Source: Planctopirus limnophila DSM 3776 (GTDB taxonomy: Bacteria; Planctomycetota; Planctomycetia; Planctomycetales; Planctomycetaceae). Taken from it: a DNA stretch of 32,000 nt. Below are positions 8,133 through 16,636 of this stretch, one piece after another. Where the stretch lies: assembly GCF_000092105.1 (NCBI RefSeq), contig NC_014148.1:1080001-1112000 (forward strand). Reading direction: 5' to 3'. The position numbers and the translations under genes were made by a program. Below the pieces are notes generated by a model. The model saw nothing but the letters and a program-made list of their open reading frames with translations, did not search any database and had not been told where the DNA came from. Each line of letters opens with the position of its first letter. Position 1 is the first letter of the stretch.

Positions 8133-8590
8133 GCTCGTTGATTGCTTGCCCAATACGTGCGAGCTCACCCTCATCCCGGCCTTCTCCCGTCGGAACGGGA
8201 GAAGGAGAAAAAACCCTCGCCCGCGTCATCCGGGTGGCAGGGGTCGGATGTCTTCATCCGCCCCCTTATCAATTGAGTTCACCAGCACAGATGCAACTGT
8301 TAAGTTCCTCCCAACGAACAATGCGATGAACAACCAGTGTCAAACGAACTGGGGGCAAACGAAGACGTTTGACCCCAGCCACCCGGCCGCCCCCTTATCA
8401 ATTGAGTTCACCAGCACAGATGCAACTGTTGAGTTCCTCCCAACGAACAATTCGATGAACAACCAGTGTCAAACGAACTGGGGGCAAACGAAGACGTTTG
8501 ACCCCAGCCACCCAGCTGCTCGTTGATTGCTCGCCCAATACGTTCGAGTTCGCCCTCATCCCGGCCTTCTCCCGTCGGAACGGGCGAAGG
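8133..8590. repeat. Composite repeat array: direct repeats A1/A2 flanking one hairpin arm and two 129-bp tandem units
   Basis: A1 (8133-8205) and A2 (8518-8590) are 73-nt direct repeats with 5 mismatches. Each ends in the hairpin CCTTCTCCCG-TCGGAA-CGGGAGAAGG (8180-8205; 8565-8590). Between them lie arm 8232-8265 (+), tandem units 8261-8389 and 8390-8513, and inverted arms 8350-8384 and 8479-8513. Confidence 0.9.
8261..8513 (+). repeat. Tandem duplication, period 129 bp, 2 copies
   Basis: Units start at CCCCCTTATCAATTGAGTTCACC (8261 and 8390). They differ by only 2 substitutions over the first 124 nt (A/G in GTTAAGTT vs GTTGAGTT; G/T in CAATGCGA vs CAATTCGA). Confidence 0.95.
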
Positions 8591-8592
8591 CG

Positions 8593-9624
8593 TTAGAGAC
8601 TGGCGTGGGAGTTTGTCCAGGCCACGAGCGATTTTAATTGTGAGAGCGCACGGCCATTTTGAATGGTCTCTTGGGCCAGTTGAGTCGCGGAGATCAGATC
8701 AGAAGCTTTCCCTGCCAGCCATAATCCCACAGCCGCATTTGCGGTGACCATGTGGGCCGGTGCACCGGCTTCCCCTGCCAGGATTTTCCAGATCAGGGCG
8801 GCACTCTCCTGTGGATTCGCCACTTTCAAATCTTCCACCTGGCACTCGGGCAATCCCAGTTGAGCAGCGTTCCAGGTTTCCTGATGAATCGTAGAACCTT
8901 CCACAATCCAGACCTGTGTCTGGCCCCACAGACTCACTTCGTCAATTCGATCGCCGCAGATCACTGCGGATTTGCCTGTTCCCAGAAGTGCCAGAGCCTC
9001 GGCGACAAGCGCCGCTTCATGAGGTTTGCTGACGCCAAGGACCTGATGCTGGGCACCAGCGGGATTGGTCAAGGGGCCTAACAGATTGAAGATCGTGCGG
9101 ATACCAAGCTGTTTACGCACAGTGGCAACATGCTTCATGGCGTTATGAAATAACGGGGCAAAACAGAAGCCAATCCCGACTTCATCAATACATTGCGCGA
9201 CTGCATCAGGGGGTAAATCGAGCCTCACCCCCATCGCTTCTAACACATCAGCCGAACCACTCAAGCTAGTCACACTGCGGTTGCCATGCTTGGCGACGGG
9301 ACATCCGGCAGCCGCCACAACAATCGCTGCTGCGGTACTGATGTTGAAAGTGGCCTGGCCATCACCCCCGGTGCCGCAAGTATCGAGCAGTGGAGTGGAT
9401 TGTGGCTTCAATGGCACGACATGCTTACGCATGGCGCGGGCGGCTCCTGCCAATTCGGTGGCTGCGGGGCCTTTGCAGGCCAGGGCTGTGAGAAAGCCTG
9501 CGATCGTCACATCGGTCAGTTTCCCCTGCATAATCTCGCAGACAAACTGATCTGTTTCTTCCTGTGTGAGCGATTCCCCAGAAACCAAACGATCGAGGAA
9601 GCTGGGAGCGTGGAAGACCGTCAT
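8593..9624 (-). CDS. trpD: Anthranilate phosphoribosyltransferase
   Basis: Motifs CGTGGDG, FNISTAAAIV and AKHGNRSVTSLSGSADVLEAMG are diagnostic for TrpD. Start chosen at ATG 9624 (MTVFHAPSFLDRL..., 343 aa, typical length); the ORF-track start at 9672 is a TTG adding 16 aa. Confidence 0.9.
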   Translation of the reverse strand: MTVFHAPSFLDRLVSGESLTQEETDQFVCEIMQGKLTDVTIAGFLTALACKGPAATELAGAARAMRKHVVPLKPQSTPLLDTCGTGGDGQATFNISTAAAIVVAAAGCPVAKHGNRSVTSLSGSADVLEAMGVRLDLPPDAVAQCIDEVGIGFCFAPLFHNAMKHVATVRKQLGIRTIFNLLGPLTNPAGAQHQVLGVSKPHEAALVAEALALLGTGKSAVICGDRIDEVSLWGQTQVWIVEGSTIHQETWNAAQLGLPECQVEDLKVANPQESAALIWKILAGEAGAPAHMVTANAAVGLWLAGKASDLISATQLAQETIQNGRALSQLKSLVAWTNSHASL

Positions 9625-9710
9625 GAACTCACTTTCGAGGCTGGCGTGTGCTCGATCGGTTTCGATCGGCAAAGAATTTTTTCTTCGCTGATCCCAGCAT
9701 GCACAACCGA

Positions 9711-9736
9711 CGCAAAACTCTCAACCACATTGAGAG
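9711..9736 (-). terminator. Possible intrinsic terminator after the 9780-10730 gene
   Basis: On the minus strand: CTCTCAA-TGTGG-TTGAGAG followed by TTTTGCG, 44 nt downstream of the stop at 9780. The stem is short (7 bp). Confidence 0.4.
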
Positions 9737-9779
9737 ATCTCGATGGATGCAAAAGACCGAGTTCGTGGGGAGCACCACT

Positions 9780-10730
9780 TCAGGCTTTGCGAGACTGAAA
9801 CACGACAAACCCGACCAGAGCCGCCGCCAAGGCAATTGCCAGATAGCTTCCCAGCGACCACGAACCGGAAGCAGCTACGGGAGCGGGTGAGTTTCCTGCA
9901 GCCGGATACCAGGCTGTCACAGGCGTGGCGGATCCCTGCACGGGAGCCGTTTGATAAACAGGTGGAGAGTTGGCGGAGATTGTGGTTGTCGTTTGAGAAG
10001 TTGAGGCAGGAACCGTGGGTGCTGGAGTCGTGGTAATGCCTTGGGAGGCAGGGGGCGTCATGGGTTGCAGAGAAACCGATGCCACGGAAGCCGGATTTTC
10101 TACGGGTGCTATGGGCTCGGCAATCTGGGTGCTTCCTGGCTCTGTACGTGCTGGATCTGGGCGGGTGGGCATGGCATGGGCCGCGCCGGGAGTTCCCGCC
10201 GTGGATTCATTGGCTAAATGCAGTGTGGAGCGCCCTTCGTTGAACAGATTGGCCCACTTGCGGATCGTTTCTTCGAGGGGGTCGTCTTTGGTGGTGAACT
10301 GGAGACTGAAATCGGGAAGCCGCAAGGTTTTGATGGCCGACTTGGGCAGATCAATGGTCTGGCCAGCGGGATTTTCGATCTGGGCACCTAAATTGGTGAG
10401 GAGTCGAATTCGTCCCTGGAGAATTCCTCCGGTTGTCCGGCGAATGACCACATTGACCGGTGGTGTCCATTCGAGAGAAATCGTGGGCTGAACTGCTGCT
10501 TGAGGGTCTGTACCGTCGGGTGTGAGATCTTGAGGAGTGCCGAATTGCGGGGCCGCATGAACCAGTGACGGGGAGGCAGACATTCCTATCGCGAGAATCA
10601 CCAGGCAAATCGAAAGCCGAAAACCCAGCCACCGGGAGATTGAAGTGATCGCCGATAGAGGGGATTCCCGTGCTTCCATCGGAATCGGGCAAACATCATG
10701 GCTGCTCAAATGCCGATGGGAAAATCGCAT
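9780..10730 (-). CDS. Hypothetical exported protein with Pro/Thr-rich linker and C-terminal transmembrane anchor
   Basis: ATG at 10730 gives MRFSHRHL... followed by a hydrophobic signal/anchor (LSICLVILAIGMSASPSLVHA). Then come a ~110-aa globular segment, a long P/T/A/S-rich region, and a terminal helix SYLAIALAAALVGFVVFQSRKA. No family recognised. The ORF-track start at 10775 is TTG. Confidence 0.6.
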   Translation of the reverse strand: MRFSHRHLSSHDVCPIPMEARESPLSAITSISRWLGFRLSICLVILAIGMSASPSLVHAAPQFGTPQDLTPDGTDPQAAVQPTISLEWTPPVNVVIRRTTGGILQGRIRLLTNLGAQIENPAGQTIDLPKSAIKTLRLPDFSLQFTTKDDPLEETIRKWANLFNEGRSTLHLANESTAGTPGAAHAMPTRPDPARTEPGSTQIAEPIAPVENPASVASVSLQPMTPPASQGITTTPAPTVPASTSQTTTTISANSPPVYQTAPVQGSATPVTAWYPAAGNSPAPVAASGSWSLGSYLAIALAAALVGFVVFQSRKA

Positions 10731-10996
10731 GATGGACTCGACACCTCTAAAGAAAGCATTGATGGTGGCTTTCAAAACCTACCATTGGAACCCGGCTGTC
10801 CGAGGAAAAGTTCCGTAAAACCGTTTGATTTCGCGTTAGCGTCGAAATTTGGGATGGCATACACATAGCCATGATTTCCATGTTTTGATTGGCTGAGACG
10901 CTGGATCACGTTACGCAGATTCTGAAATCAGCCCTGCAGATTGCTGAGATCATGGTGGGCCGAAATACTTCACGCAAAAACAATTCGCCAAGCAGG

Positions 10997-11020
10997 CATC
11001 CTGAAGCGGTGCTCAGGATG
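10997..11020 (-). terminator. Weak hairpin downstream of uvrD/pcrA
   Basis: 8-bp stem CATCCTGA / TCAGGATG with an 8-nt loop, ~30 nt after the stop at 11049. On the minus strand the T-run (TTGTTTTT) is ~15 nt away, so the terminator function is doubtful. Confidence 0.3.
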
Positions 11021-11048
11021 GAGATGTTTTAATGAGCGTAACACTCAA

Positions 11049-13586
11049 TCAGCGAAGGGGTTGCAGCGGGGCGTGAGAAATAATGAAGTCTTTTTCTTCG
11101 TGGCTGGATTCAAACTCGACGCGGACTGTGGGCCGGTTGTTGGCGAGCGATAATCCGACCACGAGCCCCCGGCCGTATTCCGGGTGCCTGACCTGCATAC
11201 CCAGTTGAAACCTGTGGAGCGATTGATCGCGAGCCATGAGATCAGCCCCGGTCATCAGCCGCGACTTGAGTTGGTCGATTCGTTCGGCTTCGGGCACGCG
11301 AGGAGCTTTTTTCTTCGAGAAAGATCGGGAGTTTCGCGATGTCACCGGCTGACTGGCCGTTGTCTCGTGGCCACTCGGATCTTCGGGAGTCACTGCCGAT
11401 TCCAGAACACGATCAATAAAGGTCGCCCTCGGTTGTGTGTCTTCTTCAGAGGAAGCGAAGAGTTGTGAGTCAACGCCGGGTTCGGCCAGATCTGCTTGAT
11501 CATCTTCTGTCGAGGTGGCTTTGTCAGATGGATTGGAGGACTCTTTTCTGGCCTGTTCTCCCCAGTCAGCCATTTGCGCGAGAATCGAATCTCCGGATGT
11601 CCCCCGTCGCATTTCCTGAGGAGACCAGTCGCCAAAAGAGGTGTCATCATCGGTGGAGTAATCATGTCGCGCGACATTCAACTCAGTCAAGAACTGACTG
11701 GCAATCGTACTGAGTAACCGGCCATGTGTGGATCGCAAGCGTGTCCAGGTGAGATACAACTCTTCGCGGGCCCGAGTCATGCCGACGAATAGCAACCGCC
11801 GCTCTTCTTCGATCTGGAGCGGATCTCCTTCACGCAACGAGCGCTCGTGAGGTAACAATCCATGTTCGACACCCACCAGATAGACGCAAGGGAACTCCAA
11901 ACCTTTGGCAGAATGCAAAGTCATCAATTGCACCTGACCGGCCGATTCATCAATCGTGTCGGCATCCTGCACCAGGGAGCAGGTTTCGAGGAATTCACTG
12001 AGTGAACCCCCTTCGACATGATCCTGATCGAATTGGCGGGCGCTGGCGACCAGTTCTTCCACGTTGGCTTTGCGGTTGGCGTACTCTTCGGGTTCCAGTC
12101 CACTCAGGTTCTGCAGGTAGCCAGTTCGCTCGACAATCACCTCCAACAGTTCTGCAATCGGCCCATGGGATCGACGGGCCAGTTCGTCGAGCAGATTGGC
12201 AAACAGCTTCAGCGAGTACTCGGCTTTTTTCGGTAGACCGATCGAAGCGTCGATCTGATGCACGGCATCCCACAGATTGAGATTTCGTGCACTGGCCCAG
12301 CGATCCAGCTTTTCTTGCGAATTCTTGCCAATCCCACGGACGGGTGTGTTCACAATCCGCCGAAACGCAGGGCGATCATCCGGATTCTCAATGACTCGCA
12401 AATAGGCAATCAGGTCTTTGACTTCCGTCCGTTCATAGAACGCGACACCTCCGGTGATGGCAAACGGGACGCGGGCTCGTCCGAGAGCTGTTTCAATGGA
12501 GCGGGAGAGCGAGTTCACGCGGTAGAATATGGCAAAATCTGAGTATTGACGTTCGCCACTGGCCACTCGCTCGCGGATTTCGGCCGCCAGCGAATCCGCC
12601 TCCTGGAAGCCATCGGCATACTGTCGAATCTCGACAGGTAAACCCGAAGGGTTTGACGTTCTGAGACTTTTGGCTTTGCGCTGGGTGTTATGGCGAATCA
12701 GGTCGTCGGCTGCTGCCAGGATCTCCGGGGTACTTCGGAAATTGTCTTCGAGTCGCACCATTTTGACGCGGGGGAAGTCGCGTTCAAATCGCAGAATGTT
12801 CTCGATTTGTGCTCCCCGCCAGCCGTAAATCGACTGATCAGGATCACCTGTGGCACACAGGTTGGGCTCGTTTTGTGAAAGGGCGGAGACAATCTGGTAT
12901 TGCGCCTGATTGGTATCCTGATACTCATCGACCAGGATGAAGCGATACCGTTCATCGAGCGATTGTCGCAGATTCGGGTTCTCTTTGAGGATGGTCACCA
13001 CATGCAGCAACAGGTCGTCGAAATCGACGGCATTGGCATCAAGGAGGATCTGTTGATATCGCCCATACGCTTTTGCGACGACCGAATCGAGATGTGTACC
13101 GACGCGTTCACCGGCCTGCTGAGCAAACATGCCCGGTGAAATGCACTCGTTTTTTAACTGACCAATCCGCCAGCCAATGCGACTGGGGCTGTAATGTGTG
13201 GGGTCGAAGCCTTCCTCTTTGACGGCTTCTTTCAGAGCCGCATCCTGATCTTTCACATCCAGAATCGAGAAATTGGGTTTGAGGCCAACGACACCGCCAT
13301 ACTGCCTCAAAATGCGGGCACAAAACTTATGAAATGTGCTGACGGCCACACGTCTTCCGGGAATGAGATGCTCGACACGTTCGGCCATCTCCCGGGCGGC
13401 TTTATTAGTGAATGTGATGGCCAGAATTTCCGCAGGATGAACCCGCCGTTCGATGAGTCTGGCAATCCGCCGAGTGACCACACGGGTTTTTCCCGAACCT
13501 GGGCCGGCGAGAACCAGCAGGGGCCCTTCGAAGTGTTCTACGGCTGCTGCCTGCGATGGTGTCAAATCATCTAAAAGTTGAGTCAC
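11049..13586 (-). CDS. pcrA: ATP-dependent DNA helicase, UvrD/PcrA/Rep family, with C-terminal Tudor-like domain
   Basis: SF1 motifs are present: LVLAGPGSGKT (I), ILVDEYQDTNQAQY (II), and LLFVGMTRAREEL near the end of the core. The N-terminus LTPSQAAAVEHFEGPLLVLAG is canonical. GTG start at 13586. The C-terminal ~55 aa (LGMQVRHPEYGRGLVVGL...VRVEFE) resemble the PcrA/UvrD Tudor fold. Confidence 0.92.
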   Translation of the reverse strand: MTQLLDDLTPSQAAAVEHFEGPLLVLAGPGSGKTRVVTRRIARLIERRVHPAEILAITFTNKAAREMAERVEHLIPGRRVAVSTFHKFCARILRQYGGVVGLKPNFSILDVKDQDAALKEAVKEEGFDPTHYSPSRIGWRIGQLKNECISPGMFAQQAGERVGTHLDSVVAKAYGRYQQILLDANAVDFDDLLLHVVTILKENPNLRQSLDERYRFILVDEYQDTNQAQYQIVSALSQNEPNLCATGDPDQSIYGWRGAQIENILRFERDFPRVKMVRLEDNFRSTPEILAAADDLIRHNTQRKAKSLRTSNPSGLPVEIRQYADGFQEADSLAAEIRERVASGERQYSDFAIFYRVNSLSRSIETALGRARVPFAITGGVAFYERTEVKDLIAYLRVIENPDDRPAFRRIVNTPVRGIGKNSQEKLDRWASARNLNLWDAVHQIDASIGLPKKAEYSLKLFANLLDELARRSHGPIAELLEVIVERTGYLQNLSGLEPEEYANRKANVEELVASARQFDQDHVEGGSLSEFLETCSLVQDADTIDESAGQVQLMTLHSAKGLEFPCVYLVGVEHGLLPHERSLREGDPLQIEEERRLLFVGMTRAREELYLTWTRLRSTHGRLLSTIASQFLTELNVARHDYSTDDDTSFGDWSPQEMRRGTSGDSILAQMADWGEQARKESSNPSDKATSTEDDQADLAEPGVDSQLFASSEEDTQPRATFIDRVLESAVTPEDPSGHETTASQPVTSRNSRSFSKKKAPRVPEAERIDQLKSRLMTGADLMARDQSLHRFQLGMQVRHPEYGRGLVVGLSLANNRPTVRVEFESSHEEKDFIISHAPLQPLR

Positions 13587-14071
13587 AGCGGTTGAGCACT
13601 CCGTTGCTGAACAAACTTCTCATTTCTCTGCAGGCAGAATTCCTTCAAATAATATGCCCAAATCGGTGGCAAACGAGAAGTGAGTTCGCTGGATTGGATC
13701 CTGCAAATCGGCTGTGAAGCCCACTGATTCCATTTTCACTCGTTGGGATGAGGCCGTTGATTCTGGAATGAGGCTGGGCGTCAATCCGGCGGCAGTCATT
13801 GCCGGAGCGGGGTGCGAAGGGTAGCATATTGAGGACTGGCAAAGTTTGTCGGTTAGTAAAGAATTAAGGATGTTGTGGATTGTACCAGTCGAGCGTGATG
13901 TTCGTGTTGCAGAGGATCGAAAAGGAATAGCGTCGGCTACGGTCGCAAAAAACTGCCGGTCGATGAAATTTCCCAGTGCGAAGCGTCGATGGACAACCGA
14001 CCTGCCAACTCTGCCACAGATACACCTTGCCGGACTTTCTGATGACTTTACACACGGAGGCCTTGCGAACA

Positions 14072-16264
14072 ATGTCCCAAGTTTTGACCCGCCTATCGAG
14101 GCGAGAAAACCGTGCCTGGAGAGGTGTTCTTTCTGTCGGCGCCATGACTGGCCTGGCGATGGGAAGCTGGGCGTTTGGCAATCAGGATCCTGCTCCCGAA
14201 GGTTTGCGAGGCATTCTGCCGAACACTGTACCTTCCCGTTTGAGCAGTGACGTTCTCGATGAACTGGGAACCAACTGGGCCAAGTGGAGCGAGAACACCA
14301 CGGCCGCCGTGGAAAAATTCTTCCAGCTTGAAGGCGATATCGCTGCCCAGAAGGCCGCGCTGGATGAGCTCAAAGCCAGGCTCGCGATTGTCGATAAGTC
14401 GCTGGCTGATCCCCGTTATCGCACGATTTTTGGACCACTTTCGACACTCAAAGGCTCGTTGAGCCGCACGATCGAATTCTCAGATGCAATTCTCGAATCG
14501 TTAGCACTCGATCCCGTCAAGGTTCGTCTCGAAACGATTGCATCCAAGAAGGCTGAATCTGTTAAGGCTCTGGAGGCTCTTCAGGCCGCTCTGGATAAAA
14601 TTCCAGGTGGTAAGGCGTGGCTCCCGTTTGTCCGTGGTGAAGAACTCGCCAAGGCTATGGCTGGAGATGACGAAGCTGCTGCCACAGCGGCTGCCAAGGC
14701 CACAATCGAACGTCTTGACGGTGTCGCCAAGATTGAAAACGAAGCCCAGAAGGCATTTTTATCACGGCCCGAGTTTGTCGCGCTGAAAGCTGCACTCGAA
14801 GGATATGTGGCTGCGATCAATGCTCCGGTTGACGAAACTTCGAAAGAAAAAATTCGTACCGTGATTGCACAACTCGCTGCCGCAGCCAGGAATGCCGAGG
14901 ATAATCCGACCTCTGCGAATGCGGCAGCTCTGCGAGTAGCCATCAAGAGCGTGAAAGAAACTGTGCCTGGTGGTGGTGCCGCCTTGCTGGCTGTCGTTCA
15001 GAAAAACTTCCTGAACTACAACCTGAGGCTGGTGGCCAGCGAGACGTTCCTTTCGAAGCTGATGTCCGATGCACGGACCGAATCGGGCGGTGTCCGCGAC
15101 TTTATTCTCGGAGCGAACGTCGGTGGTTACCAGACGACATCGACCGTGGTGGGTGTCAACCTGAAGCCCTCGCCGAACTCTGTGCGATTCGATCTGACAC
15201 TCAACGGAACTGTGCAGTCGAATACCACGGGTGTCACCAGTGAAGCCACAGTGAACACCTATGGTTACCACACCTTCTACGCCACGAAAGACGTCAACTT
15301 TGATGGTGAAAAGTTCACCACAGCACCCGCGTTAATCAGCGTTCGCCCGAACAACACGACGACAGGGATCTCCACTCGTTACAGTGGTTCGTTACTGTTT
15401 GGTAACTATGCTGACCGAGTTGCTGCGGGTGAAGTGGCTTCCCGCCGTCCACAGGCCGAAGCCATTGCTGCCCAGCGTGTGCGTGAACGTGTGCTGCCTC
15501 GCTTCAATCAGGAAGCCGACGTCGCCATGAAGGACGCTGGTGCGAAGTTGGAAAACGAACTGTTCGCCGGCCTCAAGAAAGTCAACCTCTTCCCGGATGC
15601 CAAAGTCTATCAGACCAGCGAAACCGATTTGAAGCTTTCGAGTCGTTTGATGACAGCGGAAGAGATTGGCGGGAATGTTCCTCCTCCGAACTTCCTGACG
15701 GCCACCACAGGTGCCACCATTCTACTGCATGAATCGCTGCTCAATAACTCGATTGACCGAATGGGCTTTGCCGGAAAGACCTTTACGGAAGAAGAGTTCC
15801 GCAAGGAGATTCAGACGTTTTTGAGCACAGCTCTAGGTCGCGAGATTGTATTGAAGGATCGCCCACGAGCCGAAGGCGAAATGCCCAGCAAGAATTCGTT
15901 TGTCTTCGCCAAGGAAGACCCCATCCGCTTTAAGGCCGCTTCAGGTGGTTTAACTCTCACCTTGAGGACCGGTTTCAAATCGGATGACCGGGAAGACATC
16001 CCTGTTTCTGAGATCACAGTGCCACTCAATTTCACGGTGGCGGGTCCGGAAATCACCGTCACTCGCGGGACTATTGCCGTGGCTGATGTGGAAGGCGATC
16101 TGGGGATTGCTACGAAGGGTGTGATTCGCAAGAAGATTCAGGACGCTTTGCCAGATCGCACTGTGGAAAGCAAGTTCAAGATTGATGGCCCCAAAAAGAC
16201 CGTCTTTGCAAACGTCACCAAGCTGGCTGTGGTCGATGGCTGGGTGATCGTCGATGTGCAGTAA
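14072..16264 (+). CDS. Large secreted hypothetical protein (730 aa): helical N-terminal half, beta-rich C-terminal half
   Basis: ATG 14072 is preceded by GGAGG (14056-14060). The N-terminus MSQVLTRLSRRENRAWRGVLSVGAMTGLAMGSWAFG is signal-like. Residues ~60-330 are Ala/Leu/Glu/Lys-rich helical repeats. The rest is Thr/Val/Asn/Gly-rich. The ORF is long, uninterrupted and followed by a strong terminator. No family recognised. Confidence 0.75.
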   Translation: MSQVLTRLSRRENRAWRGVLSVGAMTGLAMGSWAFGNQDPAPEGLRGILPNTVPSRLSSDVLDELGTNWAKWSENTTAAVEKFFQLEGDIAAQKAALDELKARLAIVDKSLADPRYRTIFGPLSTLKGSLSRTIEFSDAILESLALDPVKVRLETIASKKAESVKALEALQAALDKIPGGKAWLPFVRGEELAKAMAGDDEAAATAAAKATIERLDGVAKIENEAQKAFLSRPEFVALKAALEGYVAAINAPVDETSKEKIRTVIAQLAAAARNAEDNPTSANAAALRVAIKSVKETVPGGGAALLAVVQKNFLNYNLRLVASETFLSKLMSDARTESGGVRDFILGANVGGYQTTSTVVGVNLKPSPNSVRFDLTLNGTVQSNTTGVTSEATVNTYGYHTFYATKDVNFDGEKFTTAPALISVRPNNTTTGISTRYSGSLLFGNYADRVAAGEVASRRPQAEAIAAQRVRERVLPRFNQEADVAMKDAGAKLENELFAGLKKVNLFPDAKVYQTSETDLKLSSRLMTAEEIGGNVPPPNFLTATTGATILLHESLLNNSIDRMGFAGKTFTEEEFRKEIQTFLSTALGREIVLKDRPRAEGEMPSKNSFVFAKEDPIRFKAASGGLTLTLRTGFKSDDREDIPVSEITVPLNFTVAGPEITVTRGTIAVADVEGDLGIATKGVIRKKIQDALPDRTVESKFKIDGPKKTVFANVTKLAVVDGWVIVDVQ

Positions 16265-16313
16265 AGATGGTTGTTGAGCCTGGCTGATTGCCGGGATCAT
16301 CGCGTGTTCTATC

Positions 16314-16348
16314 GAGAGGCAGCCTGTCACAGGCTGCCTCTCTTTTTA
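16314..16348 (+). terminator. Intrinsic terminator of the 730-aa gene
   Basis: Perfect 13-bp stem GAGAGGCAGCCTG / CAGGCTGCCTCTC, 3-nt loop, then TTTTTATT. Confidence 0.88.
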
Positions 16349-16425
16349 TTCCTGCACTGGGTTTGATCCAGTGAGATCGTTTTCAGTAATACGGATTGCA
16401 ATAATCAATTGCGCTCTTTGGTATA

Positions 16426-16509
16426 GGGTGGCTGGGGTTGAGCGTCTTCGCGAACCCCCAGGTCGTGCCGAAAATTGCTGGGGGTTCGAAGACTCAACCC
16501 CAGCCACCC
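16426..16509. repeat. Inverted pair of hairpin arms (long palindromic element), copy 1
   Basis: Arm GGGTGGCTGGGGTTGAGCGTCTTCGCGAACCCCCA (16426-16460), 18-nt spacer, then arm TGGGGGTTCGAAGACTCAACCCCAGCCACCC (16479-16509). The arms are reverse complements apart from two CG indels. The whole unit is the reverse complement of 25281-25364. Confidence 0.92.
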
Positions 16510-16547
16510 GCCGCAATCAGCGATGAGTGTCAAAAACAGGGCGTTGA

Positions 16548-16579
16548 GGCATGCTTGCCCAGAGCTGCAAGCAGGGCAC
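16548..16579 (+). repeat. 32-nt hairpin repeat 'H', copy 1
   Basis: GGCATGCTTGCCCAGAGCTGCAAGCAGGGCAC, with stem CATGCTTGC/GCAAGCA(G)G and an 8-nt loop. Near-identical copies are at 25202-25233 and 30497-30528. Confidence 0.88.
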
Positions 16580-16636
16580 TTGAAGCGAGATTGTTTCAAT
16601 GAAAGCGTATGAGTTGTCTGTCAGTGGTGAGCTCAA

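Noticed and set aside
8261-8513. Possible CRISPR array
   Set aside because: There are only two 129-bp units directly abutting each other, with no unique spacers, no short 24-48 nt repeat periodicity and no cas genes. It is a tandem duplication, not a CRISPR array.
8113-8526. 137-aa ORF (and 8138-8329, 8523-8747) running through the tandem repeat array
   Set aside because: The reading frame is created by the repeats themselves: the same 43-aa string is translated twice. The ORF begins inside direct repeat A1 and has no SD. The diverged copy at 3.5 kb does not preserve it as a gene. I treat it as non-coding repeat DNA.
13620-14072. 150-aa minus-strand ORF in the pcrA / 730-aa-gene divergent spacer
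   Set aside because: It has a TTG start that coincides with the start codon region of the opposite gene. It is Arg/Ser/Cys-rich with no motifs. It is more likely a promoter region, and I rejected it with low certainty.
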